Source of the DNA: Vicugna vicugna
Taxonomy: Eukaryota
Direction: 5' to 3'
DNA length: 64,000 nucleotides
Assembly: GCA_013265495.1 (NCBI GenBank)
Contig: MU057887.1
Location: 2,265,576-2,329,575, forward strand
The first letter of the stretch is position 1. Every line of letters starts with the position of its first letter. A program made the position numbers and the translations under genes. This document shows, piece after piece, positions 35,620 through 47,740 of the stretch. The notes below the pieces were generated by a model, which was not told the DNA's origin, searched no databases, and worked only from the letters and a program-made list of their open reading frames with translations.

Positions 35620-38600
35620 ACACTCCATTTACAAAGGTCCACCCGTCCCTAAACGCCCCACTTCCCTGAATAACACAAGTTCTGTTTTCCTCGACGCGGC
35701 CGTGTGAACTCTGGGCGCCACGTAACGCGGTGTTGCACGGATGAAGCTTTTCGGCGCCTGGCTTCCGTCCTCGACGTGCCATCTGCGTGAGTCACCGCTG
35801 TCGATGAGGGAGGAGGAGTCCGTTCCTACAGGGAAGGTGCTGCACGTCTCCAGCACCAGCCGCGAGTCTGCCGCAGGGTTCGCAGCGTCTGAGTCCTCCC
35901 CAGTTTAGACGCCCACACCCGAGCTTCTGGAAGCGTCCCTGGGCTTGTCTGTTAGAGGCTGTGTGTGACCACTTGGGTGTTTTCTTAGGAGCAGAGTTGC
36001 TAGGTCCACAGTCACCGGTGTGTTAGGGCTTGACACCCACGCACTGTTGCTCAGTCTTCCAGGAGGTGATGGAATTCCACCCTCCGGCAGAAGGTTCCAC
36101 CCTCCCTGCTGTCACTTCTCTTTCCACTGGGGGTGGAATACGACCTCATTTTGATTTATTTGCATTTTCCTGACGGCTAATGAGACGGAACATGTGGTTT
36201 TCCCTCTCAGCCATTTGGAGACCCTCTTCTGAGAGCAGCCTGCTCGAGTCTTTCGTCCACTTTTCTCTAGGAGTCTCCATCTCCATTTTTTAACCACTTT
36301 ATAGAATCTGTGCTACATTCTGGATGTTTGTATTAAAACATACCCTCCCGCGATAAGGCCTGAGACTTTGTTTTTGACTTCCTTAAGGCATGCATTTCAA
36401 ACCAGGCAATGCACAGACACTGAGTAGAGTTCCCAAAGCTTTGGCAGACACACGTGCCGCTGTGGCCCACACCGTGATGAAGACCTGACTCTTCCTTCAG
36501 GCTGAAGGCCACCTCCCAGCCCCGCCCAGTCGCTCCCAGCACAGCCCCTAACGGGGAACCCGCTCTTCCCACACCCGTCACCACCGATCATTTCTTCCTG
36601 CTCTAGGACCCAGGCGGGCAGAGCCTCGCAGCGAGTGCACGTCTGTAAAGGGCTCCTTTGGCCCTGGGGCCTTTTGAGGCCCATCTGAGCTGCCACGAAT
36701 GTTAGGAGCTTGGCGCGTTTACTCATGAGTGGCTTCCAGGGGCACAAACCACAGTCTGCTGGTCCAGTCTGCTGCTGACGGACATTTGTGCGGTTTCCAG
36801 CTCTGGGCCATGATGTTTCAGGCTGCTGAAAACATTCCTGCAAAAGCCACTTTGTGGACATACATTTTCATTGTCTCTCTAAGCGGAACTGGAGAGGAGT
36901 CGGGTAAATATACATCTAGCAAACCATTTTGGAAAGCAGTAGCTTCGTTTTGCGTTTCCGCTAGAAACATACGCAAGGCACGCTTGTCCTAAATCTTTGA
37001 GCATATCTGGTGTTGTCAGTATTTTTAATTTTGGGCATTTCTAGGGGTAGGAAGTGGCTCTCAGTTGGTTTGAGTTGCGTATATAATTCATAGAGAGAGA
37101 ATTTGTATAGATGTAATCTGCAGTAGTTTCTAAAATTTTAATGTTTATTTGAACAAGCAGAGTTTTTAGCTTGATAAAATCGTGATGGATTTTAAAGTTC
37201 ATGGCTCTTTATGTCTTCTCTAAGAAGTCACCGCTTTTCTGAGATCTAGAAACTTTATAGACACAATTCTTCTGAATTTCTACAAACAAATTTAAAATTT
37301 TGATTGGGATTGCTTGAATCTATAAATTAGGGAGAACTGATATATAAACTTTGAGCTTCCAAGTTCACGAAAAACCTTTATATATATAAAAAATAAAAAA
37401 TATTTATTTCCATTCATTATATTTTCTTCAGTCGACCCCAGCAGCTGCTTACAGGTTCGGTGTAGGGTTCTGCAGACACTTTCTTTTCTTTATTTCTAAA
37501 GATGCTTAGTTTTTATGCTGTTGTAAATATAATATTTTCCATTTTCTTGCTGCGGCTCTAAATGCACACAGTTCAGTTATGCACACTGTCCCCGTAATCC
37601 TCATCCTGGCTGAAACCACTTACCGGTGTTAGACGCTGTTTTTTGTTTTCATGGGTTCCTTGTTTTCTCACGTGAAAATTGTTTCTGAAACTGAAGTCAG
37701 TGTAGATTTTCCCTTCAGCTCTTAATGCATTTATTCCCTATCCTTGTCTCACTACCCGGAGAGACTCTTCCACACGGTGTTCAATATAAACGGTGCGAGC
37801 AGAGATCCTTGCCTGTTCCCAAGTCCTGGGAAGGAATCTTTCAGTGTTTCACCGTTAAGCAGTGTTAGCTGTAGGTGTTTTTAATAGACGTTCTTTAACA
37901 GATTGCCTGGCTTTTCCTCAATGATGTTTCTTAGGAGTGTTTATTACGAATAGCTGCTGATGGTGGGTCAGTTATTTTTCTGTATCTAAAGAGACTGTCA
38001 TAAAATATTATCTTTTATTCTGTTAATGTAATTGATTGACATCTGAATGTTAAACAAACTGCGATTCTGCGAGGTCTACTTGCTTCCAGGAAATGTCATA
38101 TTCACATACTGCTCGGTTCAATTTACTGATAGTTGTGGAACATTACCGTTTTACCTGTGTCTGTGAAGAACACCACCTATACTTTTCTGTTTTTTGTAAT
38201 GTTTTGTTAAGTTTGTTAAGTTGTGGTTTCCAAAGGATTTGTCTGCTTTACTTAATTTGTCGTTGGCATGAAGTTTTCTGACTTTTTAATGTTTGTGGGA
38301 TATGCAGTAACATCTGTTCTTTCAATCTTTGTGTTGATAATTTGTGTTTTCTTTATTCGTGATCAATCTTGCTAAGTGTTTTAAAATTTTATCAATCTTT
38401 TCAAAAAACCAAATTTGACTTTCATGTTTTTTCTATTTAATTAATTCTTTTCTTTGTTATTAATTTCACTCTATTTACTTTGGATTTAATTATCACTTTT
38501 GAGCTTCTTAAGGAGAAATTTAGATAATCAAAATAAATCTTTTTTGTTTTTAATATAAGCATTTAAAACTGTAATTTCCTATTAATCAGTGTTTTAGCTG

Positions 38601-38690
38601 CATTTCACAAACTTTTGAATTGCTGCATTTTCATTATATTTGAAAAATATTTTCTAGTATTGCTTGAAATTTATTCTTTACTCATGTTTC
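35620..38690 (-). mobile_element. Ancient L1 remnants (3' UTR to ORF2), minus strand, more than one element
   Basis: T-rich plus strand with antisense L1 motifs: TTTGCATTTTCCTGACGGCTAATGA, TTTGATTGGGATTGC..GAATCTATA, TTTCAGTGTTTCACCGTTAAG, ATCTTTTCAAAAAACCAA. Confidence 0.8.
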
Positions 38691-38696
38691 ATTTAG

Positions 38697-40410
38697 ATGG
38701 TCACAGGATATAAGGTCAATATACAAAAATCAATTGCATTTTTATTAGCTAGAAATAAAAAAAATCCAAAAATAATATTATTTACAATAGCGTCCAGAGA
38801 ATGAATTCTTAGAAATAAATTTAAACAGAAAGGCATGGCTTGTACAATGAAATTTATAATACATTGCTGAAAGAAATAAAAAAATCTAAATACATTTTGT
38901 GATATCTCACATCCATAGGTCTGATGATTCAATATTGTTCAGATGGAAATTCACCTCAACCCATGTATAAATTCAACACAATCTCTCTCAGATCCCAATA
39001 GATTTATGTTCAGAAATGGACAAGCAGATCCAAAAATGTGTTTGGAAATAGAACCAAAATGGTAAAAGACGACTAAAGTTGGAGGACACACACTACTCTA
39101 TTTTGAAACTTAGTATAAAGGCACAATAATCAAAACAAAGTGATGTTGGTTCAAGGGAAATTTTGTGGATAACGCAGTCAGGCAACATACCCTTGTGTTT
39201 GTAGTTCCTTGATCTTTTTGGTAAAGCTGCCAAGATAATTCAATAAAGGAGAGGATAGTTTTTTCAAGAAATGGTGCCGGGACAACAGGATATCCACATA
39301 TATAAAATTAAATTAGCATGAATCCTTACCTCACACCACACACACAAATTAACTCAAAATGCATTATAGACGTCACTATAAAAGCTAAAGCTAAAAATCT
39401 TCTCGAAGGAAACATAGATAAAAATTCTTGTAACCTTGGATTGAGCAAAAATTCTTAGAAATGAGAGCAAAAATGTAATCCATAAAAGCAAAAAAAAAAA
39501 GATAAATTGGACTTTATCAAATTAAAACTTTGGCACTTCAGGAGACTTTGTTAAGAAAATAAAACAACCAGTCACACCCAGTGAGAAAATATCTGTAAAT
39601 CGTCTGTCTGATAAAGGGTTTTTATCTAGACCATATAGAGGGCCACTACAACTCAGTGAGAAGACAAATAATCCGATTGAACAAAAGCTTTGCGGAGAAA
39701 TTTCACCTGGAAGACACACACATGCCAGAAACGTGGAAACAGGATCGCTGCCAGGAGCCATCAGGGGAATGCGGGGGATGCTAATGGAACCTACAGTGGG
39801 AATTTCACAGCCACCAGAGGAACAAAGACCAGCTCCACTGAGGGTGGTTGAGGATGTGGGAAAACGGGCCCAACGGTAGACCACTCAGAAATGTAAGATG
39901 GTGCAGCCACTTTGCAAAGCAGGTTGGCAACTTCTTAAAAAGGCCAATACACAACCCGACAGTTTTACTCGAGACAACGGAAAACGTGTGTTCACGCAAA
40001 GGTGTGTACACGGACGATCACAGCGGTGCTGTTCACAAAAGCCTTTACTGGAAGCAAGTTGAATGTCCAACTGGTGGATGGATGAACCAAGCGTGGTCTG
40101 TCCAGTCAGTGGAATATCACCCAGTGAGGAAAGGAAACAATGACTGTATACACTACAGGACAGATGGATCTCAAAAACAATATTCTACATGGAAGAAGAC
40201 AGAAGTAAAAGACCATCTATTGCACAACTCTCTTTATATACAATGTCCAGAAAAGGCAAATTTATAGTGACAGGAAGAAAAAGTCAGTGTTTGGCCAGGG
40301 TAGGCAGTGGAGTGGGATTAATTGCAAACAAGTGAGATGAAACTTTGTGGGGTTGTGTTTTAAAACTGGATTGTGGTAATGTGTGCCCAGTTCTATAGAT
40401 GACAGGAAAA
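38697..40410 (+). mobile_element. L1 (L1MB-like) ORF2 3' half and 3' UTR, inserted opposite to the surrounding L1
   Basis: Abrupt switch to an A-rich strand: CAGGATATAAGGTCAATATACAAAAATCAATTGCATTT, GATAAATTGGACTTTATCAAA, GGTGCAGCCACTTTG, AATGTCCAGAAAAGGCAAATTTATAG. Confidence 0.9.
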
Positions 40411-40439
40411 AGGAACAGAAAGAGCTGTATTTTTAAATT

Positions 40440-42420
40440 TCCAAATATTTGGATATTTTTAAAACATTTCTTATTTTTATTAAAATCTAATTTAATTTTC
40501 TTGTAGTCAGATGACATATAATGTAAGCTTTTATCTTTATCTTATGAAATGTATTGACGCATCTTCCAGCGCCTTAAGCAATCTACACTGGTGACCGTTT
40601 CCCATGTCCTGGAGAAGAATGTGCGTGGTGTGGTTGCTGGGGTGGTCTGGTAGAGTTTTCTAGAAGTGTCAGGTCAGATGGGTTGACAGTGCTCTTCAAA
40701 TCTTTTATATCCTTTAATATTCTGTTTTTTTTAATTTGTTTTATTCTGCTTTCACTATTTGTTCCATCAATTACTGAGAGAGAGGGCTTAAGATTTCCAA
40801 GTGCAACTGTGGATTTACCTATTTGTTCCTGTCTGTTTTTGTCTTATGTTTTGCTGCAGTTGTTAACTGTACTCATACGCGACTCTGTGTCTTTGTGGTA
40901 CAATGACCCTTTTATCATGATTAAATTTCCCTTTTTTCCTCTATAATCCTGGTCTTGGATGATACACTATTTTACTTAATTTATTGTATTTATTTTTAAT
41001 GGTGGTACTGGGAGTTGAACCCAGGACCTCGTGCATGCTAAGCACGTGCTCTACCACTGAGCTGTCCGGTCCCCCCATATGTTATTTTAGACACATCAGA
41101 ATTCTCATGTTTGATGTTTGCATGGCATATCTTTGCTCCAGTTTTTTACTTTCAAATTATATCTCTCTGTTTCAGTTTTCTCTAGTAAATAGGTCACAGC
41201 TGAGTCTTGCTTTTGGCTGTGTGCCAACGATCTCTGTGTTTCAACTGGAGTATAATTCTTGACCATTTGCATTACATGTAATTATGGATAGAGCTGAATT
41301 TAACACACCCTTTTTGTTACCTGCTCTCTGGTTTTTATTCCTTCATCTCCCCTCTGCTGCTTCTTTAATCAAGTACAGTTTAGAGTTCATTTCCTCCATC
41401 ATCTTTCCGTGCGTGTGTGCAGGTGTGTGCGTGAGTGTGAGTTTTAAGTGCTTGGGGATTACAATAGACATCCTTACCTTATCAGTCTCTTAGAGTTAAT
41501 ATTAAATGATTTCATCTAAAATTTAAGAACTTTCCAACAGCGTCATTCTGCGCCTCCTCCTGACTTGGTGCTGTGTTGTCATATATTTGGTACCTCGATG
41601 CATCCTCCCCCTACGGTACAAGGTTATCACAATGTGACTTCTCTTAAAAGTCACCCACCCAGTGTGCTTCAATCTTCTCTGCAAATCTGAGCTTTCATTC
41701 CACACACTTATCATCTGCTTGAAGAACTCCTGGTAGCATCTCCTTTACTTTTGGTTCATTGGGGACTAATTCTCCACCTTTCTTGTATGAAAAATTGTCA
41801 TTCTTTCACATTTATTTTGAATTATATTTTGCTGGTTCTGCAATTCTGGTTTAAGAGTTTGTCTCCTTTTTCACGTGTTAAAGACGCTGTTCAGTTCTCT
41901 TCTGCTCACCGGTGCTTCTGATGAGAAGCCCCACTGTGGGTCCTCTGCCTGTGGCTGAGGCGTCTTTTTTGTTGTTCCTCTTCAAATTAGATAATTTCCA
42001 TCACTGTCTTCAAGTTCACACTTCCTTCCGCAGTATGCCGTCTCTCTGAATCGCCTTCAGTGAATTGAAAAAGTCATATATTGTACTTTCCGGCAGTAGA
42101 GTTTCTGTGTGGTTATTCTTAGTGGCTATGTCTCTGCTGAGATCACTGTTTGTTCGCTCAGCGCAGCCGTCCTTCACTTTAAATCACTGTCCATATTGAA
42201 AACGGCTATTTAGAAGCCCTTGTTTGATATCTTAACATCTCAACCACTCAGCATCAGTTCCTCCTGATGCCTTTTTTGATTACCTAAGGGGCATTCGTCC
42301 CCATTTCCTCTCACGGCTGGTAATGTTTTTAGGGTTCTCTGGACATCGTGGGGATGCGTCTTAGGGAGAGTGGGTAATACTCCTTTCCTTAAAGGCGTGT
42401 CAAGGTTTTGCTTGTGCGCT
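40440..42420 (-). mobile_element. Continuation of ancient minus-strand L1 (endonuclease, inter-ORF, ORF1)
   Basis: TGGAGAAGAATGTG, TTCCATCAATTACTGAGAGAG, TTCTGATGAGAAG antisense L1 motifs. Confidence 0.7.
40975..41076 (-). mobile_element. tRNA-derived camelid SINE (Vic-1-like)
   Basis: Reverse complement: CAGCTCAGTGGTAGAGCACGTGCTTAGCATGCACGAGGTCCTGGGTTCAACTCCCAGTACCACCATTAAAAATAAATA. Confidence 0.9.
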
Positions 42421-43445
42421 CTCCTAGAAGGCAGGTCTGTTTCGTGCTGCAGACCGTCTTCCAGGTTGTTACAGGTGAGCGCTGGTCTGGCCCTCAGTCC
42501 GAGCGTGGGGCTCCCGTCTTGGCGTTCTCCTTACCTCGGCTGAGGCCTTCCTGGCTGCTCAACCAGATGCCCAGGACGCCCAGGGAGCCGTCTGCCCCTG
42601 CACCAGCAGCTCCAGAACTCCAGACCATTCCCACACGGCCAGTCCTGGAGTCTCCAGTCACCTCCGGGTCCCCCGTGGCCAGCCTCTGCCACCCCGGGAC
42701 CCTCGCCCTGGTGTTTGCAGCCCTGCTCTTGGCTCAGGCCTTTTTGGCCGCTGCCTCCTTCCCTCAGGCAGGCCGTGCTGTGCTCGGGCACCGGCTCGCC
42801 GCTGCTGGCCGGGAGCTGGCCGCAGGCAGAAAGCCAGGGTCACCATGCGCTCAGCTCCTGCGTTTCCCTTCCCAGGACGCCGTTCTGCCCGGCCTTCCGT
42901 CCAGGGTCTGCAGCCTTGCTCTGTGTCTCTGTAAGGGAAAGACCGAGTTCTTTACCAGTGACTCTGCGCTGACCAGAAGCCAAGGTCTGTGCACGGACTT
43001 AACTTTCCAATTGGTACCTTTTGAAGAAAAGAAGATTTTTTCCAAGTGTAGTCCAGTTCACCTTCTGGCTTATTTAAAAGCCCTCGTTCACGATACTGAC
43101 ACTGAAAGCACCCGCCTATCCTGATGGCTTTTCTATCACCTACAGTGGTGTTCCTCTGATTTGTCCACGGCCGACAGCGTTTGCACTCTACCCCAGACAA
43201 CATGGGGCATTTTAGGGAGAACAGCAGGTTCTTGCCCTAGAAGGTGACCTCGTGTGCATCCAGCACCACCTCCGACCCTGTGGTCTAGGTGCCTCCACCC
43301 GAGGGTCCTCCTAAACCAGCATCTGATCGCTTCACCCCACCACCTGCCCTCCTCTCCTTGGGAGCCTCACAGCCTTCCTACCCTGGGGGTTACACGGAAA
43401 ACTCTGACGTTGGCTGAGCGGCCCCACCTGACCGGCCTTTGCCGC

Positions 43446-44479
43446 TGTATTCACCTCTTCAGGCCGCCATGACAAACAGCACAGATGGTCACTGAACCGA
43501 ACGGGTCCACTCGCCCGACGTGCAGCCAGGCCAGCCTACCGACCCCTGGCTGGGGTGAAGGAAAGTACAGAGTTTCTTGCAGGGCACCAAGCAAGGAGAA
43601 CGGGCAGCTCACGCTCAAAAGACTCGAGCTCCCTGATGGCTTTCAGGGAGGGGTCCTTAAGGACCGTGTGAGGGAGCGGGTCCCAGGGTGTGTGGTCAGC
43701 TCGTGCACAGCTGTCTGATTGGCGGGTGGTGAGGTGACGGGGTGACGTCTGGGGAGTCTCAATCACCAGCCTTCTGGTCCCAGCCAGTCTGGGGTCTGCG
43801 TGCTGGTTCTCAGCACCCAGGGGTGGGGCTTAGCGTCTGCAGAGCACTCAAGCACGTGGCTGAGTATGATGTCTAGCCCCTGAGGCAGAACTAGAGGTGC
43901 CTGACTTTGTTTTACGTTGAACTGTAATTATTTTGTCTTGTTTGACTGTTTTCCTTGGCTTCTGCGTTTTCTCATGCCTCTGATGAGAGGTGCTCTTTGG
44001 AGCTGAGGGAAGACCCAGGAGGCTGAAGCTTTTCTGCAAACAAGAGGTGGGACGAGGTGGGGAGGGCTCTGTCCCCGGGAAAGCCCCCGAGGGTCCCGCC
44101 TGGTTTCAAGATCGCATGGCTTAAAGAACAGGCGTTTGTTGCCTCACAGGCTGGAGGCTGGCAGTCTGAGATCAAGGTGTCAGCAGGGCTACTCCCGGGG
44201 GCCCTGGGGAGGATCTGTTCCAGGCCTGCCCTTTGGCTTGCAGGTGGCTGTCTTCTCCCTGTTTCTTCACATCATCTTCTCTTGGTGCAGGTCTGTCACA
44301 GTGTCCACATTTCAGTCTGCTTATAGGACACCAGTCCCACTGGATGGGAGCCCATCCTAGAAACCTCATCTTAACTTGACCATCTGTCTGCAAAGACCCT
44401 CTTTCTCAATGAGGTCATACGCACAGGTACAGGGGTCAGGACTTCAGCATCTTTCGGGGACACAATTCGACCCACCATA
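43446..44479 (-). mobile_element. MaLR LTR (MLT1A/B-like) split by an ERV1 LTR
   Basis: 43446-43486 (TGTATT...GCCATGACAAACAGCACAGAT) rejoins 44113-44479 (CGCATGGCTTAAAGAACAG...GAGATCAAGGTGTCAGCAGGG...GGGGACACAATTC). Confidence 0.8.
43487..44108 (-). mobile_element. ERV1 solo LTR, MER41-like (cetartiodactyl type)
   Basis: Reverse complement starts TGAAACCAGGCGGGACCC. Contains CAAGCAAGGAGAACGGGCAGCTCACGCTCAAAAGAC. 4-bp TSD AGAT (43483-43486 and 44109-44112). Confidence 0.8.
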
Positions 44480-46764
44480 CCTGCCCTCCAGCCTCGCCGT
44501 GCCCCGCCCTGCCCTGCCCTTTGGTCTCCTTCCTACAGCCCATGGCACTTTCTTTCCTTGGTTTTCCCCATGGCCTGGGACTCACCCTGCCCACTGCAGT
44601 GCCCCAGCTAACTTCATTCATCCTCCAGGCCTCAGCCTGAGGCTCATCCCCTTACAGCAAAGGTCTTTGCCCCCTGTCTGCCCCTTCTCACTAAACCGGG
44701 TCCCCAGTGTCCTTTGCTTTCGCAGCACGCCCTCGTGGCTCCCCGGCTCACGGCCCTCCCTCTGGGGGACTCATCCGTCTGACGTGCGGTCACCTAATTG
44801 TGTGCCGAGGTCTGCATTCCGCGGCTGTTTCTCCGAGGCCTGGAGTGGGCTCTAAGGCACAAAGGACACTCACTGTCTGGGGCCAAACAGGCTTCCCTAT
44901 GAGTTTGCTGAGGCTCATTCTCTGAAGACTCGAGAAAGTGTTGGCTTGGAGCACCAGTCATGAGACGACGTGGGCAGAAATAATGAAGAGGCCAGTACTG
45001 TGTGTAACTGCCCGGCGCCCAGGGACGGTCGTTCCTGCTGCCTGTTCCTCTGATGCGCCTCCGGGGGCCGCGCAGACATGGCCGGGCTCTCGGGGGAAGC
45101 ATTTCCTCGGGACACAAGAACACAGCATGGTCATTTCCTTATGGAGTGACGTCTGCGAGAAAGTCTGCTCGTTCCCGGCTTTATTTCCCTCGGGAACACG
45201 CTTGCCACGTTCAGAAAACGTAGGGTTGCTGGGAGCCGCCGGCTGGTAGACCGCCGGGATGCCGGGAGCCCCAGGGGGAGGGCGAGACCCCGGCAGGACA
45301 CGTGCAGGCCGGCCAGGCTCCGGCCCAGCTGGGGAGGGGGTGCCCTGCGCGGTCCGACAGGGGGGGTGGGGCGCTCATTTCAGGAGCTGCGGTTCCCGGC
45401 AGCAGCCTGTTCATTGAAAACGGGGAGGCCGCCTGGAGGTCCATCCGCGGAAGCTGGGTTAAAAACAGTACACCGTCTTACAACGTCGCAAAGCGGCCTG
45501 TGTGCTTGGATTTCAAGGCTCTTTGGACGCAGCCATTTGCACAGCCCTACACGCCTGCACGTCCACGTGAGGCAGGTGCACGCCTGTCACGTGTAGCCGC
45601 CATGTGACGGCTCGTCCAAGGAGGCAGGGACCCAGCAGGCGTCCTCCCTTCTCTGTCTGGCCCTTTCAGTCGCTCTGCAGGGTGCTTTTCTCCCGGGCCC
45701 TGGAGGAGATGGCCGGCAGCACCGCGAAATTCCTCGTCACCCAGGCAATGAAACACACAGAGGTCGATTCTGACCGTGCTCAGCCCAATGTGACCATCAA
45801 AGCTTTAAGCGCGACTGACCGCGAAAGCGGGGGCTTCCCCACCTCTCTGCGGGCTGCTGGGGGCGGAGCCTCTGCGGCAGGTGCGGGGGGCGCGGCCAGC
45901 GTCCGCCCGCCCCTCAGCCGCCTCCCTTCCCTCGGCTTGTTCACGCGTGTGTTGCCCCAGCCGGGTCCTTATTTGACCAGCACTTCTGTGCGCTGAGCCC
46001 CAGAGGGACTTAGAAAGCTGTCCACCCCCAGGCAGGCCCTGTTGTGGTGTCCACGCCACCGCTTGGAAGCTCCCGGGAGGAGGGCACGTGGCCTCCGCCC
46101 TCAGCCCCAGCCCCCAGACGCTGCCAGGCGCCCCCGGTGAAGGTGAGTTTGGCGCTGCTGAGGACAGGGTGTCAGGTGACCGCTCCGGCTCGCTCCCCTC
46201 TGCTCACATCTGTGCACGGCAAACGTTCGTGTCCCCTTGCACCTCAAATTTCTGGGCCAGCTGAGCCGGTCCAGAACCTGAGACCTTAAAAGCCTCCTTG
46301 GTGACGCAGCTGGCTTTTCTGGCTGGAGAACCTTGGCCGCGTCCAGTCTGATCTAAGCTTTGGGGCCGACAGGGAAGGTGTGTGACTTGTGTGTGGTCAG
46401 GGTGTGGTGGGCACGGAGCAGAGGAGGCTGACCGGGCCTGCTGTGATTTTAGGTTTGCCTTGCACGAGACCAAACTGAGCTCACCATGGGTTGAATCTTC
46501 TGGGTAATAAGACGTGTTCACCTATGGGTCCTTATCTCCCAGCGACTACTTCCCAGGGAGCCAGTGAGCGGAGGGGCTGCGTGGAGCTCACCCTCCAGGG
46601 TGTGCTGGCCACGGCGCCCTTCCTCCGTGTCACTGGCCGTAAAGGGACCCTCTGCAGAGGGGAATGGCACAGATTGCCGGGTTTTCAAAGTAGAAAGAGC
46701 CCGGCTGCATAGCCCATTTTCATGTATTTTGAATGAAAGAGCACATCTAACTACAGAGCAATTA

Positions 46765-47740
46765 AAATAAAAAATAAACTATTTTAGAGCAGGTATGCAT
46801 TCACAGAAAAATGGTAAAGATGGCACAGAAAGCCCCACAGGCACGGTGCCCAGCTTCCCTACCACGGGCCTTTCGCGTGAGTCCACATGTGCCGTGATTC
46901 CTGAACCCCTACGGATAGGCCGTTGCTACCTGCATTTCACCACTTACTCAGACTTCGCTCGGTTTTTATTTTTCACTTGTTTGTTGTTGTTTCTTTAATC
47001 TAATGGCTTCCCCCCGTTCCAGGGTCCAGCGCAGCGTCCAGTTGCCTGTGCCCTCAGGCCCCTCCCAGCTGCGGGGTTGCTCAGACGTCCCTTGTTTTGG
47101 ACAGCTCTGACAGTTCTGAGGAGGGCTGGGCGTGCTGTAGGTGCCCCTAAGGCGGGTATGTCTGATGTTTTTCTCGGGGTTAGACGGGGGTCCTGGGTTT
47201 CGGGAGGAAGACCGCAGCGGTGAGGCGCCCTCATTCCTTCTCATCAGGGCTCACGCTGTCACCGTGGCTGGTCACCGCGATGCTGAGCAGGGTCACCTGG
47301 CTGAGGTGTGCTTGCCAGGTGTCCCCACTGCAAAGGCCCTCTCTCCCCGCCTTTCTGTGCCGTCCTCCTTGGAGGGACGTCATGACGCTCGGCCCAAATT
47401 AAAGGGGCGGCTTGTTGGACTCCGTCTCTTGAAGGCAGGGTGTCTGCATAAGTAATCTGGAGTCTTCTGCTGGAGAGGTTTGCCCCCTCCCCGAGTATTT
47501 ACGTATTAGCCATTCCCTGCGTCACACGGACTCCTGGTGTTTATTTCACTCTTCCGGTTATAAGGCAATTCCACGTGACACGGGTGGTCGCACCGGGCCA
47601 GCTTCCGCTCTGGGAGCTCCTTCAGGGGGCGCAGCCCCATCTCGGGGGGACGCGAGCACGTCCTGCCTGGGGGCGGGGGTTACGAGGCGCCCCAGGCTCA
47701 GCGTGTGCGCTGCCTGCCCGGCCCCAGCGTCAGCCTGGTT
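46765..47740 (-). mobile_element. Ancient L1 3' UTR (L1MC3-like), GC-shifted
   Basis: ATAAACTATTTTAGAGCAG..., GTCTGATGTTTTTCTC, GGAGGAAGACC, TCACCTGGCTGAGGT antisense L1MC motifs. Confidence 0.75.

Noticed and set aside
40990..41076. tRNA gene (also 35457-35530)
   Set aside because: tRNA-like head followed by an A-rich tail and flanking repeats, with an imperfect acceptor stem. These are SINEs, not tRNAs.
45788..45835. Cadherin-like peptide NVTIKALSATDRESG
   Set aside because: Short isolated resemblance. No other cadherin motifs or exon structure.
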